64,000 bases of DNA from IMG/VR virus record IMGVR_UViG_3300037634_006988, positions 23,916 to 87,915 of that record; one strand, written 5' to 3'. Made by a program: the position numbers and the translations under genes. Below the pieces are notes generated by a model. The model saw only the letters and a program-made list of their open reading frames with translations, searched no databases and was not told the origin of the DNA. Below are positions 12,101-22,000 of the stretch, piece after piece (position 1 is the stretch's first letter; each line of letters opens with the position of its first letter). The stretch comes from a virus. Its lineage: Duplodnaviria; Caudoviricetes.

Positions 12101-15100
12101 TTTAGTGATAATATTATACATGCTCTTTTCAAAAGCAAAATAATATTGTTCAGGTCGAGAATCTTTAACAAATATACTATTTTTATCCTCATCAATGAGG
12201 GAAATCATATCTGTACTGTTAATAACTTCTGGTGGTTGCTGCAATAAAGTATGCACGTATCGCTCGTCAACAGAACTGCTAGCATTTGCGCCAAAACCAA
12301 AACCATAGCCAGTATGTTGATATTGACCGATTGGGCCGAGCCAACCCCATCTTCCCGTATAATCGTTAGAACCAGAAGAAGCGATTGAAGTATCTTGAAC
12401 TGTGAAATTCCCGCCAGAATCAGATGCAGAAACAGTAGCGAAATCCCAATTTAAAATCAAGGTTTCTAGTTGAGGAATTGATTTAACAGCTTTGCTTCCA
12501 AGATTTGCGCCTTGTTCAGTAATGTAGGCGTCTCTATAAGGTTGAGCAGAGCCAAAATTTGTAACATCTTTTGCATGAGCTTGAAGAACGCTGCTTGTAA
12601 GATAGTCCATCCATACTCGCAAAGATGAAGCCTTAATATTACTTTGTTGCAGAACTGTTCCAGTTGTGTTTGTTCTGTGAGCGCCAACAAAAAATCTTTT
12701 ATTTGCCTTTAAGAAATTTTGAGCGTCTGATGCTGCCATAGATGCCGTAACAGCGAAACTATTATTTAAAACATCAAGAACATAATTATAACCTGAAAAC
12801 TCAACGTCGTATTGACCATTATCACTTCCAGACACGCCAGCCGCCAATGGATATTTTTTGGGTTTAATTCGAACTGCAAAATTCCATCGAGTTCCATCAT
12901 AAACATCTTGAAAAACAGAACTGGTAAGTTTGGGAATAACTCCAAGTCCATCATTACTGCAAGTTAATTGAAAAAAGGCAGCCTTTCTTCTAATGTCAGT
13001 ACGAACTGATTGAACTTGAAATTGTCCTGCATCTCCCGCAGAATTGTAAGTTCCCCATGTTGTACCAGGAGATCCAGAAGTGTGGCAACCAAAAATAGAA
13101 GCAGTTACAAAATTAGAGGTAAAATAAACCTCTGTTCCTTTTTCTTTGTCTTTGGGGAAAAACGATTCTAATTCATAAGTGTTTCCACGATATTGAACTT
13201 CTGCGCTTGAGCTAATATAGCCGCGACTATATGAATTTCCGCTAGCCGTTTGCTGAAGAACAACAGCGTTTGTATTTGAGGAGCTGTGAAAATTGGCATA
13301 CTTCTTTCGTATTGTGTTCTTCTCATAATTGTCTTGTAATTTGTATGTAACCTGATCACCATACAGACGAATATTAATCAATTCACTATCAACACCAAAA
13401 CATCTTATGAGATTTCTAAAGGACTTCATTGTGCCCTTTGTTTTATAAACATAAACTAAATTGTTATAAACATTCTGATATATTAAGTTTTTAAGCTCAT
13501 TAACTTTTTGGGTGAAAAGTTTTTTATTATTGCGAGCATCCAAATATTCTAAATCAGAGGCTTTTGTAAAGATTTCAGATGTTAAAAATCCTGAAGAATC
13601 AATAAATCTATTAGCAAATGGAAATGGCTTATCGCTTCCGCTGATATAATCTTTATTTTTAAGCGAAGTAACAGCTTGAGTTTGCAAATAAAGAGTGTCA
13701 AAATAACTTGACATTATTTGAGTTAAGTTTTTTAAAGTGCCATTAGCATCATTTTGGTCCTCTGAGGTTATCCATTGTGGCAAAGAATCAAACATTGAAG
13801 AATTGTTGGTCGCATCATATAATTTACCAACATTCTTTTTATCGTTTAGAGAACTAGAAACTAGCGGATGAGTTGAATATAAAATGGGGTCTGCAAACTC
13901 AGAACTGGCAACAGAAGCAGACACGATAGCAGATCCTGTATTACGCGAGGTAATCGTATATCCATTCCATTCACCATTAGTAACACGGCCAGCATAATCA
14001 ATTACAACAGCATCTTTACTATTAACGCTGGAAGTATTAATAATTCCTTCATTAAATTTATAATAGACCCCTAAATCGGCAGGATTTTCATAACTATATT
14101 TAGTTGAGGCAGAAGTGGCTAATGTAAGATCAGTGTTTGTTCCTCCACCGACTTGAGTAAACCAATGTTGCCCAATTTGAGTTGCTGTTCGTCTTGTTTT
14201 CCAAAATCTAAATTCATCGAGAGAGCCTGATAATTTACCATAACCTTGAACTTCGGAGCCACCAGACACCGGAGCAATAAGAGAGCCAATTTGACCCAAC
14301 ATCGAGCCGGTTACAGTTCCAATCGTTGTTCCACCAGTGTATGTGTATGTAAGTGCGCCGTTTGTATAAAGGCGACCAACCATTTGACTGCCAGTATTTG
14401 CAAATGTAAGGGCGAAATGATTCCACGAACCAGTTAAGGTGCTTCCACTTAAAATAACAACTGGTGGTTCAGTGTCCGCCGCGCCCTGCCAAGAAAAACC
14501 AGCACTTCCTGATAATAATTCTACTTGAAAGTTTGGATTAAGAACATTGCCTTCTGTTCCAGATATTTCTACTCTAAATCGCCCATATCCTGTTGTCCCA
14601 AAAGTTCCACTATTCCACACATCAAGAATAACCTGTCGTCTTGATTCAGAAGCTTTATCAAATCCTGGTTTATTAAGCCAAAACTCAACTGATACGCCTC
14701 CGCTTCCTTCTAATTCAAGATTAGATAAACCTTGGCTAGCAGTGTTATAAACATTTAGGTTATCAAACTGCAAAGTAAGTTCTGGGTTTGTAGTTGAATT
14801 TAAAGAGTAACTTGTGTTATGCCCCTTGAAATAAATCCATTCGTTTTTTGTAGCAGAGTCATATCCTTGAGATTGTTGAGCGCTGAAAGCATACGATTGT
14901 CCAAAATTAATATAACCAGTCGTGCGAGGATATTCATTTTCAAAAATATATCGATCAAGATAAGTTCCCGAAAGGCTCCAGTTAATTTTTTCTTTTAATG
15001 AACCATCATAGGGATATTCATTTAAAACATAGTTGTAAGCATCTTCATAATATTTCTCTGCGGAACCATATATAGCAAAATTTGAAGCAGACGAAAAATC

Positions 15101-15247
15101 AACATGAGGAAGAAACCTCTTTTTGTCTTTAATGTTTGATTTAAGATAATCTGGAGATTCAACTGCTGAACCTACTGAACGCTGAGTGGCGTTTTCTAAG
15201 AGTTTATCAGATTTTTTTCCGCTAAAAAGATCTTTAATATTAGACAT
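6113..15247 (-). CDS. Giant baseplate wedge/adsorption protein (3044 aa): gp7/P2 gpI-like segment plus two LamG-like (ConA lectin) domains
   Basis: LamG signatures (SVEFWLNK...WNHFALTF...LYTNG...GSLDEFRFW...YYKFNEG; a second copy WNFAVRI...LRVW...LNWDF). The YKTKGTMKSFRNLIRCFG segment resembles the KGT motif of gpI/gp7 wedge proteins. Lies next to gp6- and gp25-like genes. Confidence 0.65.
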   Translation of the reverse strand: MSNIKDLFSGKKSDKLLENATQRSVGSAVESPDYLKSNIKDKKRFLPHVDFSSASNFAIYGSAEKYYEDAYNYVLNEYPYDGSLKEKINWSLSGTYLDRYIFENEYPRTTGYINFGQSYAFSAQQSQGYDSATKNEWIYFKGHNTSYSLNSTTNPELTLQFDNLNVYNTASQGLSNLELEGSGGVSVEFWLNKPGFDKASESRRQVILDVWNSGTFGTTGYGRFRVEISGTEGNVLNPNFQVELLSGSAGFSWQGAADTEPPVVILSGSTLTGSWNHFALTFANTGSQMVGRLYTNGALTYTYTGGTTIGTVTGSMLGQIGSLIAPVSGGSEVQGYGKLSGSLDEFRFWKTRRTATQIGQHWFTQVGGGTNTDLTLATSASTKYSYENPADLGVYYKFNEGIINTSSVNSKDAVVIDYAGRVTNGEWNGYTITSRNTGSAIVSASVASSEFADPILYSTHPLVSSSLNDKKNVGKLYDATNNSSMFDSLPQWITSEDQNDANGTLKNLTQIMSSYFDTLYLQTQAVTSLKNKDYISGSDKPFPFANRFIDSSGFLTSEIFTKASDLEYLDARNNKKLFTQKVNELKNLIYQNVYNNLVYVYKTKGTMKSFRNLIRCFGVDSELINIRLYGDQVTYKLQDNYEKNTIRKKYANFHSSSNTNAVVLQQTASGNSYSRGYISSSAEVQYRGNTYELESFFPKDKEKGTEVYFTSNFVTASIFGCHTSGSPGTTWGTYNSAGDAGQFQVQSVRTDIRRKAAFFQLTCSNDGLGVIPKLTSSVFQDVYDGTRWNFAVRIKPKKYPLAAGVSGSDNGQYDVEFSGYNYVLDVLNNSFAVTASMAASDAQNFLKANKRFFVGAHRTNTTGTVLQQSNIKASSLRVWMDYLTSSVLQAHAKDVTNFGSAQPYRDAYITEQGANLGSKAVKSIPQLETLILNWDFATVSASDSGGNFTVQDTSIASSGSNDYTGRWGWLGPIGQYQHTGYGFGFGANASSSVDERYVHTLLQQPPEVINSTDMISLIDEDKNSIFVKDSRPEQYYFAFEKSMYNIITKEMLDIFGTIVDFNNLIGEPVNRYRQEYKSMQKLRQLYFERVQNTIDLDKFVEYFKWLDSALSVMLQQLVPGSARFSENLRTMVESHVLERNKYWSKFPTLEMKQSDPEAGVFGINEMLYSGKRGIAPIPTTATGSNCEWWLRRANRDNSNITSGDSTVDSQRDDVRLSDDFRSGSGPTLAVSRNSTATTTTYEGQAYALRNFTKIYRLAVDESLEIHGGSNFPRAKTVEYTHEALKFGSSEQLDIAASSIPAEIGCDDVIIPNSKDRLEAKVANSTNPYGYTSGKSEIFAPFSLYSSSVTTGYVADVSTNFRAKTEVDNYHDDVYGDDKGVPVQGPFTDAHVGGRQHRHININSASTDTTDTRPEAWDLSFASNVLTISQRGVDQPRATMIRDEYAKRPLNIRNIKWGTSSAVVGNYTTGYQILQTSGRRLNNRFFVKNGGFSPTSSDTGIFSGAIDYALPRFDLTGTNKSIFVERFNAPGGPEVSPRGAMDVNAEEYSVYNELNYRNLIVREALDSWLTEHCGQFGIDPTGSPGDGTTPAEHTVNAYSYDGVIASYHKVNRNPWKVPADGASTCSINYDNWYIQHPIPQSDFQYAWITSSVSKSACNMLGHIGAHDWGGIVPFSVPSGTTSITQSAIPFISASVTGALGISADFVGLNSLIYEPLTSSTNLLGYPLDARLGAYRGQVASLPANSGTVLNSLNLHRNGPYQHPTWKQIRTGETPIARYHKNNNILSVGSKRGVVTVLHGSGTNRPATYFDPRTGPNNIKNFVEPPVTFKYRALTSRLQNPKISLRHSYGNNKCLWTQRWLPLNQRELSIAEYLGGVNYKSDIQIYDKLRGASDYQAAFQNLIYPEVIYPRGANTGLAETRGRTKYAETASVNSAFPPTASLSLGSNGIDRNPDQRRTLWRNADYNRNRYVAPDLGPAAAIAPAKAYARFQTTISNSCGNQDGQARSVWCFGEEPLVWYPPSGSPDPAVGLDVGTLSASSNYANNNGQDTGELNSINIYKLGGLCGGVTGSILENAWSHNFYIKPSASAFYYWLPYYGYELYCNAAACSDIYGYIAGDAPQTASAEFCKGMKWTAARDSGKNPWFDSYEDYAEDIRGLSKAWTVLPEFRISDNMEYYTETKDSFFAKNDKFLLLNGGNITQSADVGDATPSNTNIRNFDRNFFKEYSFSDFQKYFGTFAENNKLEQITLKCTAVKKLLPYKGFYPSDRSTQLVSLFSGALGQYVTGGALTWSAGVPTNADPRVQSGSQQLALQTLLQPWFAPGILYNTIKSGVAVDWPVFTGSIGLNTIGYGEWGYQQITGTATTRFPFKSLLDPLDYTPAWKPAAEGQAEKDSHRLIFNAPSYYNINHSALIGSEPGRIPFATFSSSGPPPKSVTNLYRSAMHNYLAEIPNFFLKNQSLQYIESLPQGSVKILAGKVYVMDVYIEKTNTAPNNELIMIQDYYNGYVSASLVGDYGTVWGAGGAGVTGSYNGKYFGPKWYAFQTNASPTNNAWYSGAKAFRDGDPAFAPVTPPYFYGKARVRLIYTGSVEDEQNPGAGNGPNLRRIFNNMTMSFKGANDPRAEAWTRYGMVKANYITSPAFQQMMDVTASLELKGLKVENPSDQALNRWVISPHMETPVLDFSSSQTPEQGYGRGMWSGYGEVPINNKGIFFGIERVPNEFLNRQDVEDMTQWFQKAPTTAAGATIDSSIFEGGPSRLPIDETSLTRQIGQIADTKTISEAVVAIPFSTKQFGRNSDLARTTSKQIMGKWFFSLGVHKPAARRNFQNPKKNTSISKLRGLMDKYILPPELDFMKNITIEPFAMYMIEFEHELDRQDLVDIWQGLMPKISTTAELDESSFSHSTGINEFFGGKKLPPSEDIRWMVFKVKKKAHINYWATTPQTETRGFGIQSMLKESNYINPVGLEYSYNWPYDHFSLVELAQVETIGSYAGEPQIAGPLQEAAPTEKRPATAAEEVEPAAGQGQTARQTTAATIARGPGYTGGGTS

Positions 15248-15251
15248 AATT

Positions 15252-16772
15252 TCACTCTATTACTCGAAATTTAAAAGTCTCAGGTTGTTCTTGGTAAGCG
15301 CCATTTATATAATACACGAACTTGATTCCATAAGCATAACCAGTTTCAAGCATTTTCATATCTAAATCAAAATAACTTCCGGTAACATCATATGAAAGTC
15401 TCGTGTGGTTTAAACTCCCAGTTCCATATGAAATAACATCCTTTTCATCAATCATCCTAAAAATTTTAAAATACGCATCTTCAACAATATCATTTGAAAT
15501 TGCCTTAGAAGCTACTGTGTAAATAGTTGGACTCCAATCTTTTAATCGAGTAAAGAGTCGGAACCGAGTTGTTCCATCATTATAGTATTCAGGCTCTAAA
15601 TTAGTAATAGTAGTGACATATCGGGGGATAGAAAAAATATTAGAAGAATTAAACTTCTTTGGTATAAACGATCCCGTATGATAAATTTTTACACCGGCCG
15701 TTGTTATGGCAGAACCTGATGAGCCAGAAAACCACCTATCATAAGCAAAACTGGCTGTTGTGTCGAGAGCAAAAGAAGCGCTATAAATTCCTGTAGCCAC
15801 ATAACCACCAGTGATTGGGTTATTGGGCGCAGCAGAAATTAATTCACCGGACGCGCCAGAAGTGTAAACATTAACATATATTGGACCCGTCCCAACATTT
15901 GCAAGATTTGTGGGTTGTCCTCTCACATAATTGTAAAGGTAAAGCGTGTTTAAATTGTCCGCAGCGCTCAAATTAGAGCTGGAAACATAAAAACTTCCAC
16001 GCTGATCCTTTCTGGTTGAGTTCCATCGGGCCTCAATAACTGGTCGAGAAAAGAAATATTCACTACTTCGTGCTGAAAACTTCTTTGTGTAATAAGATCG
16101 AGAGCCAGTTTCTTGGCTTTGTGTAAGCATAATACCCACACCATAATTGGAATAATCTCCTGCAATCCATTTTTCAACTAATCCAGTAATCTTAACTTCT
16201 AAATCTCCGGTTCCTTTTTCGCCAAAAGTCTGCTTATAATTAAATTCGTCATAAGTAGAGGTGGGAGACCCATTCCAAGAAGCACTCAAATAGCTTCCAC
16301 CCTCTAATGTGGTGCTATCAACGTTGGTCCAAACGGTGTTTGCAGCCGCATTTATCCAGTTGGATCCTGTGCCACCATAAGTATAGTCCGAATAATTATC
16401 CAAATCTAGTCCATCACCTTCCTGCCACGACTGAGAAACTGGGGTAACAACTAAAGTAAAGTTACGAGGAAGGGTTTGGGAGTGTTTTACATTGTAAAAT
16501 CTAAGATAAAAATCAACACTTCCGCTTGCTGGGATTGTTCCAGCAGATCTATCAGATTGAATAGTTACTGTGGCATCAGCCGTGACCACTGGAAATTGCG
16601 CCAAAACACGGCTTAATTCATATGAAGAGGAGCTTTTTTGAGCATAAATGGAGAAGATCTCTAACGAATCTGCTAAACCAATATTACTGCCCGTTCCGCG
16701 AGTTGTTAAATCCGCTTGATAGGCATTTGTAATTGTATTATCATAGATTGCGGTATATCTTTTAATACTCAT
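15252..16772 (-). CDS. Virion protein with an N-terminal DNRLRE-like domain (506 aa)
   Basis: The N-terminus DNTITN...SNIGLADSLEIF...SRVLAQF resembles the DNRLRE pattern; Ser/Thr/Gly-rich; baseplate context. Confidence 0.45.
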   Translation of the reverse strand: MSIKRYTAIYDNTITNAYQADLTTRGTGSNIGLADSLEIFSIYAQKSSSSYELSRVLAQFPVVTADATVTIQSDRSAGTIPASGSVDFYLRFYNVKHSQTLPRNFTLVVTPVSQSWQEGDGLDLDNYSDYTYGGTGSNWINAAANTVWTNVDSTTLEGGSYLSASWNGSPTSTYDEFNYKQTFGEKGTGDLEVKITGLVEKWIAGDYSNYGVGIMLTQSQETGSRSYYTKKFSARSSEYFFSRPVIEARWNSTRKDQRGSFYVSSSNLSAADNLNTLYLYNYVRGQPTNLANVGTGPIYVNVYTSGASGELISAAPNNPITGGYVATGIYSASFALDTTASFAYDRWFSGSSGSAITTAGVKIYHTGSFIPKKFNSSNIFSIPRYVTTITNLEPEYYNDGTTRFRLFTRLKDWSPTIYTVASKAISNDIVEDAYFKIFRMIDEKDVISYGTGSLNHTRLSYDVTGSYFDLDMKMLETGYAYGIKFVYYINGAYQEQPETFKFRVIE

Positions 16773-18574
16773 TACTTAATCGTTCCTTTAATATCTGTGT
16801 CGGGATATTTGATTTCAAAAATAACATTTTTAGGACAGTCTATGTAGCTTCCATCCGCCGAATAAAGCATATTAATATCTATAGGTTGAGTTGAATAATT
16901 GGTTCCAGATTTCTGAACAATATTTACCCGCGTAACATCAATGATTCCCTTCATTTTGTTAAGTTGGCTATAGATGTCGGACACATAAAATGGTTGCCCA
17001 ATCTCAAATTTTCTGTTATAATAACCACTCAATTGTGAAATTGCATCGCTTAAAACATCAAATTTGTTTGAATCTAATCCGGCAATTGCTGTAAATTCAA
17101 TTCCTATATTAACAATTTTGGTATCCAAAATATCAACGGTATCACTAATCATTTTACCCTGATTTAGCCATTGTTTTAAATTTTCTTTGATTGCGGGATT
17201 TGATTTTACTAAGGTTCCATCTTCAGCTTCAGAAATAACATATAAATTAAGGTTTCTGCGTAGCGAACTTGAGTCTCGGACGATGTTTACGCGCTTTACA
17301 CCACCATATTGAGGAGGCATTGCATAACACAGGCTTCTATAATCTTCCGCCGTTACTGCACGATTTTGCGCAGAAAACACATTATAGATTCTCTTTTTCA
17401 ATTCCTCTGTCGTTGGAAGCATTACATCTCCTGTAATTGGTTCCTCATTGTTTACTTCCAGTGAACCAACAACGGTTCCCAACGTGGTTGAATTTAGTGT
17501 TGCAAGCTCTTTAAAGTCCCAAAGTGGAGCATCTACATTCGTTAATGCATTTGCAGAAACATTAACATTATCGGCATCATTTACACGATATGTAACTGTT
17601 AATGTCGTATTCGATGGAGCAACACCGAACTTATCTGTTTTCAAAAAATTACCCGGATCAATAGTTGCGTCAGAAACATAGTCTTTTCCATGAACTTTCA
17701 TTACCACTTTACTTGGGTCAACTAAAGAATCGGTGGCAAGTGTGGTGTTTGTCGTTCCAAAACCAAATTGAAGAAAAACATCTGTTTGAGTTCTTTCTGT
17801 AACAAAACGCCGAGGAACAACAAATGGTCTTAATGTATTTTGAGTAACAGAACTATTATCTCCTCGGTTCAATGTAGATTTATAAATGGTGTCTTGTGAT
17901 AAATAATCCACCTCAAAATACTCATTGCCCTCTGAATCTACCACAGAGACAATTTCAGTAACATTGGTTCCATTTAATTTAAGTTTGAGAAATTTCTGAA
18001 ACTTGCCAACTACGACCTCTTCTCGATTTATTTTGCCAGAAACCACTTGACCTTTACCCCTAATTGCAAAACTTGTGGGGGTTCCATTGTCGCTATTTAC
18101 TTCAGCAATTACAATTTCATTAGCTGGATTAGAAAAATTAATGTCTTCATTTAGTGTAAAACCAATACCATCAATGGAAGAAAGCGCCGCCCCCCTCTTT
18201 AAAATAGGAATATAATCGGTGTTTGGGCCAGCCCCAACTGAAGCTGCGGGTACAATGATGTAAAATGTGGCTTCGCCCGCAGATGCAGCGCTAGGATTAA
18301 ATTTATAACCCATTTGTCGCCCCAATTTGATGATATTCTCATACTCAATGGCAGTGTCGAGGAAAGACTCGTTAACGCTGTAGTCCAAATAAAACGATAA
18401 AATATCACCAATATAGGCGGTTGTATCGACCATCAACGAACCAAAACCTGACTCGCTGAAATCTTTAAAGCTGTTGGGGTAATAGCGTTTTGCGTAATCT
18501 AATAAATCTTCACGAATAGAATTAAAATCGCGTGATGTATAATCAATAAGTGGATATTGTTTTTTTGAGCCCAA
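16772..18574 (-). CDS. Baseplate wedge subunit (T4 gp6 / baseplate J-like)
   Basis: IDYTSRDFNSIREDL...YYPNSFKDFSESGFG...AYIGDILSFYLD and AQNRAVTAEDY are hallmark gp6 motifs. Confidence 0.9.
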   Translation of the reverse strand: MGSKKQYPLIDYTSRDFNSIREDLLDYAKRYYPNSFKDFSESGFGSLMVDTTAYIGDILSFYLDYSVNESFLDTAIEYENIIKLGRQMGYKFNPSAASAGEATFYIIVPAASVGAGPNTDYIPILKRGAALSSIDGIGFTLNEDINFSNPANEIVIAEVNSDNGTPTSFAIRGKGQVVSGKINREEVVVGKFQKFLKLKLNGTNVTEIVSVVDSEGNEYFEVDYLSQDTIYKSTLNRGDNSSVTQNTLRPFVVPRRFVTERTQTDVFLQFGFGTTNTTLATDSLVDPSKVVMKVHGKDYVSDATIDPGNFLKTDKFGVAPSNTTLTVTYRVNDADNVNVSANALTNVDAPLWDFKELATLNSTTLGTVVGSLEVNNEEPITGDVMLPTTEELKKRIYNVFSAQNRAVTAEDYRSLCYAMPPQYGGVKRVNIVRDSSSLRRNLNLYVISEAEDGTLVKSNPAIKENLKQWLNQGKMISDTVDILDTKIVNIGIEFTAIAGLDSNKFDVLSDAISQLSGYYNRKFEIGQPFYVSDIYSQLNKMKGIIDVTRVNIVQKSGTNYSTQPIDINMLYSADGSYIDCPKNVIFEIKYPDTDIKGTIK

Positions 18575-18600
18575 TCGAAGTTCCTCTCTTTATCAAATAA

Positions 18601-18990
18601 TTAGTCAATGGGCAAAGTTAGTTCTAATTTGTCTACATCGTCTAAAGGTACTATTGTGTATTCAACAGCAACACCAAGAAAATTTGGATCTAAAGCCGGA
18701 TTTGAAGCAAAAGTGTTAAAAACAACATCGTTAATGGTTACATAAGAAAGATATTTTTCTACTTGTTGACGAATTCTGCCAGCGATTCGTCCATGAAGGC
18801 CTGGATTATCCAACTCGAATAAATATCTTTTTAATCCCACCCCAAAATCATCATCCATAACTCTTTCACCAGGAATAGTAAATAATAAATTTTTAAGATT
18901 TTGTTTAACCAGATCTTTATAATCTGTGATAAGAGCAATTCCGTTTATACCGTCTATAAAAAGCGGAAGTTTTGGTGTTATACCTGCCAT
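18601..18990 (-). CDS. Baseplate wedge subunit gp25-like (GPW/gp25 family)
   Basis: KQNLKNLLFTIPGERVMDDDFGVGLKRYLFE motif; 129 aa; adjacent to the gp6-like gene. Confidence 0.9.
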   Translation of the reverse strand: MAGITPKLPLFIDGINGIALITDYKDLVKQNLKNLLFTIPGERVMDDDFGVGLKRYLFELDNPGLHGRIAGRIRQQVEKYLSYVTINDVVFNTFASNPALDPNFLGVAVEYTIVPLDDVDKLELTLPID

Positions 18991-19005
18991 TACTTATATC
19001 CTCCA

Positions 19006-22000
19006 TTATATTTCGCCTGGCTCCAATGGAGGCATTCCAACATCAATATCACAATCCTCATCATTTGGGCCTCCCATTTCTGCTCCAGGTCCAGAACCTT
19101 TACTAAGTAGTTTGTCCAACCAATCTGCCGGTGGCATTGAGTTTAACCAATTTGGTTCTGGCCTCCAATCCATACCCCAATAAGCCAAACCAAATGGAGT
19201 AATTGGAATTCCAGGCCAGATCATTGGCAATAATGTGATGGGTAAAAGTGCCAATGAAATAAACATAATTTGAGGCTCTGGAATAAAGTTTTCATTAATC
19301 GGTTCAAGCCAAGCATCTGGTGGTTTTTGGGGAGATCCAGGTGCTCCTGGTCCACAATCTTCCTCGCCTTCGGGTGCCTGTTGAGTTTGATTGGCCATTA
19401 TCTGAGCCTGAGCGATTATTTGATTTATTAAATGAATTGCATCTCGAATTTGTTTTGATACCGCAATATTTGTATCAGTCGCCTCCACAAATCCCTTAAA
19501 AATCAACACAGATGTCTTCAAAATCATAATGCCGATAGTCGCCGCCAATCCGCCCCAAAGATGACCATTCATTGCTCCTAATTGTAAATCTAAATTACTC
19601 GGACCACAATCAGTAGATGGATAATTCCCACTATTATAAATGCCAAAGAACAAATCTTTTAAGCGGAATTTGGTTGGATCAAACAACTCACTAATTCCCT
19701 TATAAGAACGAAGATATTCCGAACCGTATATGTTATTGAGAGATAACATTCTGGGAAGTGGAAAAAGATACCTAAATAATGCTTGATATTCACTAGAAGC
19801 TTTTAATTGCTCTATAAGTGTTTGGTGCTTGAGTTTATATTGAAATTCAAAAAACGGCATTCCCCCATTCATACGAAGCGAGAGAGGCACTCTAGAATCA
19901 GCATGACCATTAACTACATCTCTCATTCGAGTGTCTAAATCAACTGGAACTTCCGAACACACTAGTGGAATTACGTTGGCGACTTCTTCAAATGGAGCGT
20001 TATCTGTATTGGATACAAAAAAAGCTTTCTGGTAAAGAGCACCATCAACAGTATTTGAGGCTTCTCTGGCAATTTTACCAAACGGTAAACCTTGATTAAA
20101 TCCGCCCTGCGCAGCACCTCTATAAAACTGTACCGTCGGATCCAACTCGTGATTCCTCCAACAAGAGGTTGCTGCTCCCGGTGGCGCTGGAGCAGGCCCA
20201 AAAGGTTCAGCAAGAACAGGTTGAGGTGGCATGGGATTAACATAAGATATTCTTAATCCAACATGAACACTTTTGAAAAAATCTCCCAACACAAAATAAT
20301 CTCGGTCAGGCGAAACACTTACTCCCAATTCTTGGGCTTTGGCCTCACCACACTCCATAAATCTTGCCAAATCTGTAATTAATGCTTTCGTTAATCTATT
20401 TGGAAGACAATCGGCAGAAAGATTTTGTTGATAATGAGACAAAACATTAGCAGGAATTTCTCCTTGAGAATTAAAACGAGTATTTATATATTCTTGAAAT
20501 TTTTTAATATTAATAACCCCTTTTAAGAATTCGGTACGATCCACGTCTACATAATTGGAGTTTTTCCACTTTACCTCTTCAATTCCTCTTCTGAATTCTT
20601 GATCTCCTTGAAAATGTTGAGTAATTATTTCTTCTGCGGTATCGTTCGATGCAAGATTTGCATTCGTTTCATACGGCATTCCTTGATAATCTAATTCCTC
20701 TACTCGAATATAATACTCTTGAATAAAGTTGCCGTTCTCAAAACTTTTGCCAGGATTGGTCTCAGGTGGTGATTGGGCGCGAGATGTGCCACCAATTACA
20801 ATTTCCTCGAAAAGAAGTTCTCGTCGAAGTTGTCGTCCTTCTTCAGCTTCCTTAAAGTGACGTATCATTATGGTCACATGATTTATCCACTCGTCATAAG
20901 TCCTGCTCAACTCACTCCAAAATGCCTCTGTTTCGTATAGATTTTTAGCTTCTTCCTTTTCCCAAACTAAAATCTTCTTAATAGACAATATATCAAAATC
21001 TAATAAACTTAAATAAGGCATTCCGGTTTCAAGCAAATTAACTGCTCGTTGTAATAATCTATTCACCCACGGATTAGTGTCGGACCTGGGATTCTCTGGA
21101 TAACCAGTTTGTGAATTAAACGATGTGGGTTGCAAATTAAAAAAGCTAAGATTTTTAAAATTGACGCCGACTGTTATGCCTGTATTCTCTTGTAATTCGA
21201 GTCGATCAGGATTACGAATGCCTAAACCTTCTATAAATCCTTCGGATTCTCTTCCGCGAACTATAGCACCCGACGTTCTACTATTATATCCGATGGTATT
21301 ACTAGGACCCCCCCAACTTTCATTTTGCGTTTGTTTTGTTCCATCCCAATGATATCTATATCCCGGATCTATCAATTTAAAAGACAGGGGCGCACCCCGC
21401 CGCTTTGCCTGACCCTGGTTCGACCGATTTCCGGGCTGTGTATTTAAATACCACCCCTTCCAAGGTCCAATAACTTGATTTCCAATTGTAATCCAACGCA
21501 AACGACCGAAATCTTCAATGTCAGGTTCAGCATCAGCGGGAAGCCCAGCGAGCCTTCTCCAATCAAGATCAACATAATCAGCTGGGGCATCAGCACCAGG
21601 TTCGTCGGGATCGGCGTTTTTCCGACGCACTTGTTCCATAGACCTATACCACCTGTTACCCTGGAAGCCAAGATGAGCCGAGCCACGGTCGAATGCAGAA
21701 TATTGGTAATTCAAAGGGCTGCCCCCATCGCCCTGGGCATTTGTGGTGAAACTGATAGAGGGGACTGAAACTGGCGTATCTATGCCAAAATCGTATTGGC
21801 CCGTGCCACGACCGAAATCAATCTCTTCTCCAAATGAATCTCGAATCCATTGAGGGGGTTCAACTCCCTCCCCACCCCATGCGCGTTTATCCCACACTTG
21901 CCCATGTTTAAAAGTCCACGATTTTTGTCCAGATTTTTGTGCTGTTATATCTTTTAAAATTTTACCTGGATAAAAAGAGAGAACATCAACCGCGCCACCA

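Noticed and set aside
14790-14840. Intein end (HN-T) in the 3044-aa protein
   Set aside because: There is no matching N-terminal splice motif or LAGLIDADG/HINT blocks; this is a chance tripeptide.
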